A stretch of 64,000 nucleotides of DNA from Octopus sinensis (lineage: Eukaryota), in assembly GCF_006345805.1 (NCBI RefSeq), contig NC_043021.1, forward strand, positions 3,472,001-3,536,000, in the 5' to 3' direction. Positions 53,016 to 64,000 of this stretch are shown one piece after another; the first letter of the stretch is position 1; each line of letters starts with the position of its first letter. Made by a program: the position numbers and the translations under genes. The notes under the pieces were generated by a model, which made no database searches, had not been told where the DNA came from, and saw nothing but the letters and a program-made list of their open reading frames with translations.

Positions 53016-53504
53016 TATGTGTATGTATGTATGTATATCATTTAATGTCCGTTGTCCATGCTAGCATGAGTTGGATGGTTTGATCAGGGCTGGTCAGCTG
53101 AGAGGCTGCACCAGATTCCAGTTTGATTTGCATGTGTTGGCATCATGATTTCTTTGGCTGGATGCCCTTCCTAATGCCAACCTCTCTGAGAGTATAATGG
53201 ATGCTTTTATGTGCCAGTTACATGGCAACAGCATCAGCCACATTGCCTCCATGAGGTCCAACACTGAAATGGAGCTTTTTATATGTCACTGACACCGGCC
53301 ACTAGTTATAGGATTCAATAGAATCTAGACACCTCAACATGTAGGATGCCAGAAATGGCTGGGTACAATAGCATAGGGTTCACAATGAGGTAAAACAACT
53401 GTGAAAGTATTGTGTTAGTAGGATACTGTAATAATGGATATATCAAATCCAATTTAAACCATAGATCCAACCTAGGGTTGATTCTAGGTTCAGCATAGGA
53501 GCTG

Positions 53505-53725
53505 AAAAGAGCACAAATGGGGTTTAAAATATACGACAGCTGTTTCGTAGAGTACATCATAGCATATAATCCACCATCTTCAGGTAAAATTTTAAACAGG
53601 TGAGATACCTGTTTAATACTTTATTGGAAGATGGTGGACTGATTTTATGATGTAATCTATGAATGCATCAATAAAGTTCTATTGAAACAGCTGCTGTAAA
53701 TTCCAAACCCCATTTGTGTTCTTTT
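53505..53725. repeat. Imperfect 220-bp fold-back
   Basis: AAAAGAGCACAAATGGGGTTT..CAGCTGTTTC..CCACCATCTTC..AAACAGGT-GAGAT-ACCTGTTT..GAAGATGGTGG..GAAACAGCTG..AAACCCCATTTGTGTTCTTTT. Confidence 0.8.
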
Positions 53726-55049
53726 ATATAGGTCAAATTGCTGATGAGTGTTACTGGTGACATGCTTGGTTGGGTCTTTTTCATTTTCTTCCAACTGCTT
53801 TTTACAAATTTTGTAGTTTTGCATGCTGCTGATGAAAATCGGATTTTTAAAAATGAATATTATAAAGAACTTAACATTTAAAGTTAGATAATTTTAGCCA
53901 ATGAGATTAAGTCCATCCTCACAAATGGAAGTTGAAACTGTTTGCTGCCATGACAGTTCAGGTGTACCATTACACAACCATATATAAATTTTTGAAAATG
54001 AAAATATATAAAGGGGAACCATAAAAATTGAATTAGAGATGAAGTTTTGAATCTTAAATTTTATAAAAAGTAATTTTTTAGAGTAAAAAGATAATTTTGT
54101 AATAATTTCTTTCTGTAATGAAAGAAAGTGAACGTTTTTTTTTTGTTTCTTTCCAAGCACTTGAAGATTTATATTTATATACAATTAGAATGGTATTATT
54201 GCCATAGTAACAGGTCTTGCTTTGGACTTGTTAACAGCCAAAATGAGATGAAAACACATGGACTGTTAATAAAAGAAAATAATGAAATACAATAAAATTT
54301 TTGCACCTGTAGAACTAAGAGTGCCAGAGTACTGGTTATTCCCTCGTTTGAGATAGGCCCAAGTGCTTTCTGCTTGTTGAGTATGGGTTCTGTCTAGTGA
54401 ATTTACAAATTCACTGCTTTCTTACTGTTCTGTGGCAAAATTGATACCCTGCTATCTCAGAAATATGTAAGTAGGTGCATCACAGGTCACTGTAAATAGT
54501 TGTTCTTGGCAGAATTGATTGTCAAGTGCAATCTGTAAGTGTATCATGATCTTAAGAGGCTACAGCAAAAAGAAATAAAAAAACTGTTTGGGTTGCATTC
54601 AAACCCCAGTTGTATTTTCTCCTCAGAAATATAGTCACATGTATTTCAACGATTCTACCAGGACCACCCTTGATCTTCATTGGATTGTGGAGCAAATCTT
54701 CCACACAGGTCCCCTATAAATAAATTTTATAGTCTACTGCAATAATTATACTAATCCCTAATTCCTCCTTACAAAACCTTGTTGCTGTCAATTCTTGCAC
54801 TCACAGCAGTATGAGTAAATGACAATACACATAACAATTTCAACTTTCTCCCTGTAAGGACATTGGCTTGAAACTCATTTGCTAAAAATATATAAATTTA
54901 AATGCTTCTAACTTATTTCCAAAATGATAACTGATGTCAACAGCATGCAAAACTAGAGCTAAAGTATATGTTTTTGATAATTTTCAGATTAAGATTTGTG
55001 GTTGGAAGAAAACAAAAAAGATCCTCTTGGTCTAACTTTTTTGCATGGT

Positions 55050-57320
55050 TGGACATTGGTGAGGTACCCCTTAGCTGTTGTTAAAGCGTATTGCTAGGAG
55101 AAAGCATTACAGTGGCAACGACTACACCAAGGCTATATAACTGGGTGGGCTACCTTGAAAGACAACCAGACAAGGACAATTTTGAGCTTAAACCCTCTGT
55201 GCCTGTGAGTTCCTACCTCAAAGCACAGGCTAAAGGAATCAACCCCGACAGGAAATTATGATGGAGGAGAACTTGGAGCCCATAGACTTTTCATGCTGAA
55301 GACAGCTTGAAGACAATGAATGGCTGATGACTGTTGTCCCTCAGGAGGGCTCACTATCTCTGTGCTCTACATGCAGTAAGTCAACTATGGGGACTGCTGT
55401 GGCCGGTGACTTACCAAGTCACTGGCCTAAATTCTAGATCTGATCGGATTGCCATCGATATACACAGAGGAGCTTTCAGCAAGATCAAATTAAGGTGTAA
55501 ATACATATATGCATATGAAGTGTCCAGGCATTCATTAAGTTGGGAAGCTGCACAGTATCACCCAGGAAATGAGATGATATGGCTGAGAGACATTGGATTG
55601 GAGTTGGGCCCTTCACGACTACAGAAGGCAAGCCACTTGTCTGTACTGGAGCCAGTGTGTAATCTTTTCTAAGGATATTTTAAAGTACTTTTTCTCTTGA
55701 AGGTCAACCGATGATTGTCATTCTCTATGCATGTGTGAAGACCTCACCTTTCAGTCTCTCTCTGATTCAGGTTTATGCACACAAAGAGATTAAAAGCTTT
55801 CTATAACAATGTGTGAGGCACCTTCCAAGGCTGTCCAAGCTAGAAGATTGCGTTGGTTGCTGGGCACCTTAGCACCAAGGTAGGACTCCCTAGATAGTTA
55901 AACCTGCAGGCATTAGAGCTTAGCAACTCAGAACAGTTTTGGGGAGCGAATTCTTTCACAACAAAATCCCATATGTCATAAAAACCGGCATGTCCCAATA
56001 ACTACCTTTCACCAGCCTCAGCAGACACACAACATTTGGCTCTCTTCTTTCAAGAGGAACACTAACCAGTTTCACTAATCCTGATGAAGGGGCACTGGAG
56101 TTGAAGTTTATCACCAACTCCAGGGCATATCTGGGACCTGACTGAACTCGAAGCATAACATGGTGGGAGCCAATATCAGGTAATGGGTTAGGAGAGTAAG
56201 TACTGGAATCAGAATGACAAGGCTCACTCTTGATGCCCACAAGTCAGTGACAACTAGAGAAACCTACAACATAGAAGTTAACCACAAATCCAAATCCCTG
56301 AATGTGTCCGAAGATGAATTTTGCCCCCACCAAGGAGCTGATAGAGGATGTTAAGTTGGTGAAGATGAGTCGACCTTGGATCCCAATTCTACAGCTGATG
56401 GATTGGAGGCACTCATTCACAGGAGAATGAGTAGATACAGGACTGTACAATGCTAAGCCAGGAAGGGAGGACGAGACTTCATGGCTAGAAGCCCTTTGCC
56501 ATAATTCCAGAATGGTCTATGGTATTAAAAAAAAATCCAACCAAAATAGTACAACGTTGAAGTTGAATTGAGCTGAGTCCTGAGGATATGTGGCGAGTAT
56601 GGAGAGAAACCATAGCAGGATGTCAGTGACTTTAATGGTTGCAGTAACAAAGTACACTGCATGTTGAAGTGAAGGAAACAATTCAGCACCTACCCCCGAA
56701 ACAAAGCAGGAAGTGTTGACAACCTTGCTGTGAAATTACTGAAAATAATAAAGGGTTCCCACCAAGCTGTATGACAAGACCTGTGAGACAGGCAATTAGT
56801 CTGTAGACTGAATTTGAATAGTCTTTGTTGCACTGCTAATTGCTCAGAGTGCTGTACCTGATTAGCCTCACCTGCAGGGAATGGAACAGGTTGTCTAAGA
56901 AGAGCTTGTGGAAATGCAGTCAAAGTTTCATAAAGCAGTGGGCACTAGGGACCAGATCTTTAGTAACAGCATTCTATTAGGCAAAGCCTAAGGACATTGT
57001 TCCTCTCTACATGTCCATTGATTGTGACAAAACCTTTGACTTTATGTAGCATTCCATATGTGTAAGGTGTTTCAGATAATGGGGATTGAGGGCTTGGAAA
57101 CCAACTCATTGCAGAGATTGTACAAGGATCAGTAGAGACAGCTCTTTATGGAATGTGAATCTCTGGACTGGTTTTGCTTCAGGAAAGGTGTTTAACGGGC
57201 AATGCAGAGATTAGGTGATCTTGGCTATCTTTGTATATGCATCAGTGGCTGATGGCTAAGTAACATTTGCTATACTAATGATATTGTACTAATTGCTACT
57301 CACTGCACTGTAGAGACTGA
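55050..57320 (+). mobile_element. Decayed RTE-clade LINE (5' UTR, APE endonuclease, RT)
   Basis: Remnants in the expected order: endonuclease-like sequence near 55700-56060, IDCDKTFD (FIDYxKAFD-like) near 57015, and YTNDIVLI (YADD box) near 57270. Many stops and frameshifts. Confidence 0.65.
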
Positions 57321-57327
57321 TTAATAA

Positions 57328-57531
57328 GTTTTACTTGTTTCAGTCATTTGACTGCAGCCATGCTGGAGCACCGCTTTGAAGGGTCTTAGTCAAACATCGA
57401 CCCCAGGACTTCTTTTAAAGCCTAGTACTTATTATACTAATCTCTTTGCTGGTCGGCTAAGTTACGGGGATGTAAACACATCAACATCAGTTGTTAAGCA
57501 ATGGTAGGGGGACAAATATGGACACAAAGAC

Positions 57532-57582
<51 letters not shown>

Positions 57583-57727
57583 TGGTGGGCCTTTTTCAGT
57601 TTCCATCTACCAAATCCACTCACAAGACTGGTTGGTTTGAGGCTATAGTAGAAGACACTTGCCCAAGGTGCAACACAATGAGATTGAACCTGGAACCATG
57701 TGGTTGGGAAACATGTTTCTTACCACA
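57328..57727 (-). mobile_element. SINE family B, older copy, truncating the RTE element
   Basis: Same tail and head as the other family B copies, CpG-decayed. Confidence 0.8.
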
Positions 57728-59569
57728 TATACAATGGGCATCCATACAGTTTCACAAATCCTCTCACAAAAGCATTGGCCAGTCTGGTGCTTTAGTAGAA
57801 GACACTGACACAAGTTGCCATACAGTGCACCTGGAGCCACGAGGTTGCAAAGTTGCCTTCTCAACTTCTCTGTGTGTATATATATGCATACTTACTTGTA
57901 TGTATGTATGTATGTGTGTGTATATATATATATATATATAATCATGTGACCTACCAAGCTATCAGATGTTACATGTCATTGATCACAATACGCTTTTGCA
58001 TGGTTTTAGCCTTCAAATTATACCACGCTGATGGCTAAGTGAGCAGGCCAACAATCCCCATTGATTGAAGGGGGACTGGAGCAATGTGAAATGAAGTGTT
58101 TTGCTCAAGAACACAACATGCTGCCTAATCAGCAAATCTAATCTATGAAATAGCGATTGTGAGTACAACAGCCTAACCACTAGGCCACACGCTTTCACAT
58201 AAGTATGTGTGCATACCTCAACTTAATACTACATTTCTAGTTAGGTCTTTTTTGACTTTACATTTTGTTCCCTATAAGAAATAAATGGGAAAATAAACAT
58301 TACCTTTAGTCAATCTATCCAACTTGTCTCAGCAAACATATTTAAGAGCATATAAATTAAACATACAAACAAATACTGAAGTGGGAAATCAAATAAATTT
58401 TCATGTTTAGAATCCATTTATTAAAGCAAATATGAGCTGATAATTTGCTTTTTAAAATGTTTTTACGTACGTCATTTTTCAAGTTAAGTTGTATGTCTTG
58501 AAAGCTAATTACCAACGTAAGTTAAGGTTTACCTGTATGCATTTGGATGTTTGTCTGTGTATGTATGTATGTGCGTATGTGTGTGTGTATCCATATGTAT
58601 ATATGCGTACATGTACATTTATGTGTATATGTATCATTATTAAGATTTATGTTCTGTGTTGGCATGAGTTGGATATCTTCAGAGAGTGCAATGAGTCTGG
58701 GCTGCATCGTGCTCTGGCATCTGCTTTGACATGGTATCTATGCTGGATGCCTTTCCCAATGCTAACCACTTTACAACAGGTAGCGAGTGCCTTTTGTGCC
58801 AGCATTAGTGAGATCACCATGTAGCCTGCATGACTTATGATCCCCTTTCCCTGGGTGGGTCTACAATAGGGGGCGAGGTGATTTTATGCTAGAAGATATA
58901 GGGGTTAAAGCAGGTTTCTTACTGTAGGGATTTTCATGGTTACACTCACATTATAGAAGACAGTGGAAATAACTGGGGTCTAGTTGTGATGGTTTGTTAA
59001 GAATGGACTCTAAAGGTATGAAATCAGTAGCAGTGGAAGCTGAAGAACTTTGAATGTGGGTAGGTTGTGGTTGTAAAAGTGTATGAGTGAGAGATAGTTG
59101 AAGATGGAGAATGGGTGAGGGATAGATATAAGCAACAAGTTTTGAGGGATGAGTTGGGTTTGTAGGAAAGAGTAGGTGACAACTGTATCGGTTCAGTAGA
59201 GTGGATGTGTCTGGCGCATAAGGAGTGGGTGGTGACAAACGATACAGGGCTTGGGGCATGTAGGGGAGTGTGAGATGACTGTGCAGAAAAAGATGGAGTG
59301 AAGACCAGCAAAATAGTAATAATGATACGTTAGACAGGGGAAGGATGAGAGAGAGACGACATGTAGTCAGGTAGGTTATAATAAGAGGCAGGTGTAGTGA
59401 ATGGGGAGAGTGAGAAATGTAAGGTGATGAAGGTGAGATAATTTGGTAGCTCAGGAAGGTGGTAATTGTAAAACATAGGTGGAGAGGACAGTATTAAGAA
59501 TAAAGGATGGGTAATAAGTGTAATGGTTTTAGGTTGTGAACTAGTAGTTTGATTGCTCTTTGGTTGTGT

Positions 59570-60601
59570 CTCTTTAAGGCATCTCCTTTGCCTTTGTACC
59601 AGTTTTATGATGATACTGCGACATCGGTCATTGGGTATGATACCTTTTATAACTTTTGTATCCAGATGGTAATTGCATATTCTTACCTTACCAGATATTT
59701 TGAGCATCTCTAGCCATCCCTAATTTACCTGCTGTTCTCCTCTTCATGTCTTTGATTTATCTACTATGCTTCTTTGAACTTGAATTGCTGGTCCCTCTGT
59801 TGGGTGAACACAAGATAATTCTGCTTTATTTCATGCATTCCCTACATTCAGCAGCCTTTTGTAATTGCACTTCCATGCCACTATCTTGTCTTCCATATCA
59901 ATGGTGAACCAAAATTCATCATTCTGAATACTTGTGTCACCAGTGACACCTTAGTTATACCTCACACGTCTCTCATTCCTGACTACCTCACACCTCTGAT
60001 CCTCATGTTGCAAGGCATGTTCATATCTCTTCCTTTCTGCTTCACCTTTAGCCAAATATATATTAGCTGCTTTTCTAGTCATTAAAAGCTTCCTGCTACC
60101 ACTTTTCTCCACCTTTCTTTTAGCCTTTACTGTCCTATCAACCATATCATTCCACCAGCATGCTACTTTTGGTTTCCCTGGGATTTTGCTCCTTGCTCCA
60201 TCTACCTGGCTAATCTGTAGCCCTAAGCATAGTTGTCATCTATGCTACAGGAATCTAAGTCTTAATCCCTACATTCATAAGCATTACTTAGAATTTCTTT
60301 AATTCTATTTCCAATTGTTAGATCTTTTAGTTTCCATATTTTCCTTTTAAAGTCTTCTCTCATTTCTGAGTCTGCCTCGCTTTGACTCTGAAGTCACTAA
60401 CCACAAATCTAAGTTGTATGGTGAATTTTTCACCAGGAAATGTTTCAGTATTTACAATAGACCCGTCTTGTTTCCTGATGAGAATGTAATCTATCTGACT
60501 TGCGTGCTTGCCAGATTGGTAGGTGATGAGGTGGTTGGGTGATTTCCTAAAATACGTTTTGGAAATAGTTAGATCAGTTGCATCACAGAACTCCAGGAGC
60601 C
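59570..60601 (-). mobile_element. RTE-clade LINE fragment (endonuclease C-terminus and linker)
   Basis: Reverse strand translates to RLLEFCDATDLTISKTYFRKSPNHLITYQSGKHASQIDYILIRK, then LVVSDF and WWNDMVDRTVKAKRK. Confidence 0.85.
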
Positions 60602-60694
60602 TTACACACTTCTAAATTCTTAAACCAAACCCATAGCCTCTACCTATGTTACATGTTGCTCATGGCCATTGAAATTGCCAGCCACAATAATGCG

Positions 60695-60730
<36 letters not shown>

Positions 60731-60760
60731 TGTGTCTCTATATGTACATACAACCTTACA

Positions 60761-61044
60761 TATTACAGCTCACAAAGACATTTGTCGATTTGGGGCTAGA
60801 ACACACAACACTTGATCAAAATTGAACACAGTGGGACTAAACTGAAATCCATGTTGTTGCAAAACGACCTTCTTAACCATACAGCCATAATGCACACACA
60901 TGCGCACACGCGTGTGTGTATGGCTGTATGGTTAAGAAGGTCGTTCTGCAACGTGGATTTCAGTTTAGTCCTACTGTGTTAAATTTTGATCAAGCGTTGT
61001 CTGCTCTAGCCCCAAATCGACAAATGTCTTTGTGAGCTGTAATA
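60761..61044. repeat. Palindrome made of two inverted, identically mutated SINE heads
   Basis: Arms at about 60761-60888 and 60919-61044 around a CA/TG spacer. Confidence 0.9.
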
Positions 61045-61064
61045 GTTGTCTTGAGAGTTAGTTA

Positions 61065-61655
61065 TTAACCCTTTAGTATTCAGATTAACTCTGTCAAATC
61101 TGATTCTTATTTATTCACTTTTTGAATTAATCATGCATTAATCTCATAGCTTTGAGATTTTGATGATGTGACTGTTTATTTTTAGAACTAGCAGTATCGC
61201 CCGGCGTTGCTCAGGTTTGTAAGGGAAATAACTATAAAGCATTTTTAGAGAGTTATAGCCAAAAAATAGCAAAAAAAATGGAAAAAAAATGATGGTAAAT
61301 TTTTTTTGAGAGTTAAAAAAGGTCGAGTTGCGTCCCCTAGACAGTCTGTGGTTTGTGTTTCTGATTCTCGACCCCATGTCGAATTTATCGATTTTTTTCA
61401 GAACTGGGGGAACTTTTCAAAATTTTCGCTGCGTTAGTTTTGAATTATGACATTGGGCTATGTGTGTGTCAAGTTTCATCAGAATCGGTTGAAAGCCGTG
61501 GTCAGGGTGAGGGTACAACCAAACAGACACACAGACAAACTGCCGTTTATATAGAGAGAGATGACATTGTAGGGTAGGTGAGAGAGGCTGGATCTGGCTG
61601 ATTTGAACATAAAACCAGTAGAATATTTTGGCTAGTTTGAATACCAAAGGATTAA
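61065..61655. mobile_element. piggyBac-type MITE family 2 hosting a Helitron
   Basis: TTAACCCTTTAG...CCAAAGGATTAA. Relatives at about 10800-10991, 12106-12250, 12452-12616 and 62040-62490. Confidence 0.75.
61188..61561 (-). mobile_element. Non-autonomous Helitron (374 bp)
   Basis: Minus strand A|TCTCTC...GAGCAACGCCGGGCGATACTGCTAG|T shows a 5' TC, a 3' GC-rich hairpin with CTAG, insertion between A and T, and no target-site duplication. Removing it restores the host sequence TTTAGAA-TGACATTGTAGGGTAGG, whose reverse complement CCTACCCTACAATG occurs in relatives such as 12488-12501. Confidence 0.85.
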
Positions 61656-63112
61656 AAGAATGTTCTTAGATTCCTTCTTAACCATTAGTTTTTACTAATT
61701 TAAAAAAGAAAATTTAATGAAATTGCTGATATATTTATGTTAATTCAATAATTATGGTCTTTAAGGTGGTGAACTGGCAAACCCATTAGCATGCCAAACA
61801 AAATGCTTGGTGGCATTTCGTCTGTCTTCATGTTCTGGGTTCAAATTCTGTGGAGGTCAAATTTGCCTTTCATCCTTACAGGGTTGGTATAATTGATTAA
61901 CCCCTTTCTTGAAAAGGCAGGCCTTGTGCCAAAATCTGAAACTAATGATTATGGCCTTTCAAAGCCAAAAAAAAAAGGTTAATCGTTTAGATATCAACCT
62001 GTCTGAGATTGCCCTTTTTATAATACTAAACCACCTTTATAATCCTTTGGCGTTCAGATTACCCTATCAAATGTAATGCATGTTTATTTACATTGTTTTC
62101 AGTTAATCATGCATTATCTCATAGCTTCAAGGTTTTGACTCTATGATTTCTTTATTCTTAGAATGGCATTATAGGATAGATGCAAGGGGCTGTATCTGGC
62201 TGGTTGACCATAAAACAGATAGACTATTTAGGCCAGATATGGCTAGTTTAACCTTTTAGCATTTAAACTGGCCATATCCGGCTAAAAGTATTCTGCCTGT
62301 TTTATGTTCAAACTGGCCAGGTCTGGTCTCTCACACCAACCCTACAATATCATCTTTAAAATTAACAGCTACCTCATCGAAATCTCCTAGCTACAAGATA
62401 ATGCATGATTAGTTCAAAACAATGTGGATAAAAACGGATTATTTTTGGCAGAATAATGTGAACACTAAAGGGTAAATTCTGAAGGGTTAAATAAAATCTT
62501 TATTTAAATTATAATTTTTAGAACCTTTTATGTTCTAAACAACCAAGTTAATAATAACTGTTGTATTGCAAAACACTTCCACTATCATTATTTTTAAGCT
62601 TTATTGAAACAGATGTGCAAAGTATGTTATTAGAAATATGATAATAAAATAATTTAATTCACATTAGTTTTGACACTCTGTATAGCTGTTAGGTAAAACC
62701 TCACTAACAATAGTTTTTCCTACCCCATATTTTGTCTTCCCCTGTTTTGAAGTGCTAGCAAGGTTGTATTAAGAATGTTGCATCCCATCCACACAGTTCT
62801 GGGTTCAGCCCCATTGTACGACTGAAAGAATCCCGTTATGTGTGTGTGTGTGCGTGCATGTATGTTCTTGTTTTGATTTTTACATCATAGCTGTAAATTG
62901 AGTTCCAATGTTCTGCAAAGGACATGCCCTGGATAATATCACCTTGCTTGGAAACAAGTGAGGGTTGGTATTAGGAAAGGGGATCTGACCATGGAAAATC
63001 TGCCTCAGTAAACTCATCCAACCCATGCAAGCATGGGAAAGTGAATTTTAAACTGACAACAGTAATCATGTATATCAATATTTTGTCTTTTTTTTTTTGA
63101 TGAAAAAAAACC

Positions 63113-63423
63113 GTAGCCTCAGTGCCGGTGGCACGTAAAAAGTACCATCCGATCATGGCCGTTGCCAGCTTTGTCTGGTCTCCGTGCCGGTGGAACGTAA
63201 AAAGCACCATCCGATCGTGGCCATTTGCCAGCCTCGTCTGGCACATAAAAAGCACCCACTACACTCATGGAGTGGTTGACGTTAGGAAGGACATCCAGCT
63301 GTAGAAACACTGCCAGATCAGACTGGAGCCTGGTGCAGCCTTCTGGCTTCCCAGACCCCAGTTGAACCGTCCAACCCATGCTAGCATGGAAAGCGGACGT
63401 TAAATGATGATGATGATGATGAT
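63113..63423 (+). mobile_element. SINE family A with about three 5' tandem units; another copy starts at 63850 and runs off the window
   Basis: GTGCCGGTGGCACGTAAAAAG units, the shared body, and a (GAT)n tail. Confidence 0.85.
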
Positions 63424-64000
63424 TCACTTTCATATAACAGCTTAAAAATCTGCTTGAGAGAGAGAGAGACTGGAATGCTTGAACACAACACAACTGGTTT
63501 CTACTTCTTGGGGACAGAAGTGTGGTTGTGTGATGCTCATGCAATTTCAAACATAAATGTGAAATTGCTAGCTGAGAAATGAAGTCAGGTTGCACACTCT
63601 ACACATGCCTCTCTCGCCTCTTTATTTCTCATGTAACTTAATCATATCCAATGGCAGGTAAAGAGTGTGTATAATCTGGAACAAATTCAAAAACGCTTTG
63701 CTTTCAGGTTTGCTCTTTGTCTTTCTCAAATCAACTGAAAACATATCTTTATAGTAGTGTACTTCAAAAGTTGCAGAAGCTAAGGTGGTTAGGGTGTTTT
63801 AGTCCCCAGGCAAAACTATGATTAAAGGGCATTTCACTCCATGATCTTTTGTAAAAAGCACCATCCGAACGTGGCCAATGCCAGCGCCGTCTTTACTGGC
63901 TTCTGTGCCGGGGCACGTAAAAAGCATCAACCGATCGTGGCCGCTGCCAGACTCCCCTGGCATGTAAAAAGCACCCACTACACTCATGGAGTGGTTGGCA

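Overview
AT-rich, repeat-dense animal genomic DNA. The SINE families, (TA)/(CA)/(ATT)/(GAT) microsatellites and long gene-poor spans resemble an octopus (coleoid cephalopod) genome; this assignment is pattern recognition and was not checked by search. The only convincing protein-coding gene is an intronless pinin (PNN) homologue at 6523-8316 (+), with a promoter-like 5' region and two upstream ORFs. A second, unidentified + strand gene may start near 46.6-48.7 kb, with a candidate first coding exon and a 24-nt microexon. The rest is mobile DNA: at least five SINE-like families, RTE, CR1/L2 and R4-like LINE fragments, a solo LTR, piggyBac, Tc1/mariner and hAT MITEs, a Helitron with exact termini, and a Penelope-like fragment carrying a minimal hammerhead ribozyme motif. 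Most notable are the hammerhead, a SINE with a 61-bp tandem array of a pseudoknot-like motif, a four-layer nested insertion, and many locally generated fold-back repeats that could form dsRNA. Repeat boundaries are read by eye and approximate unless termini are quoted. No prokaryotic system or CRISPR array is present.
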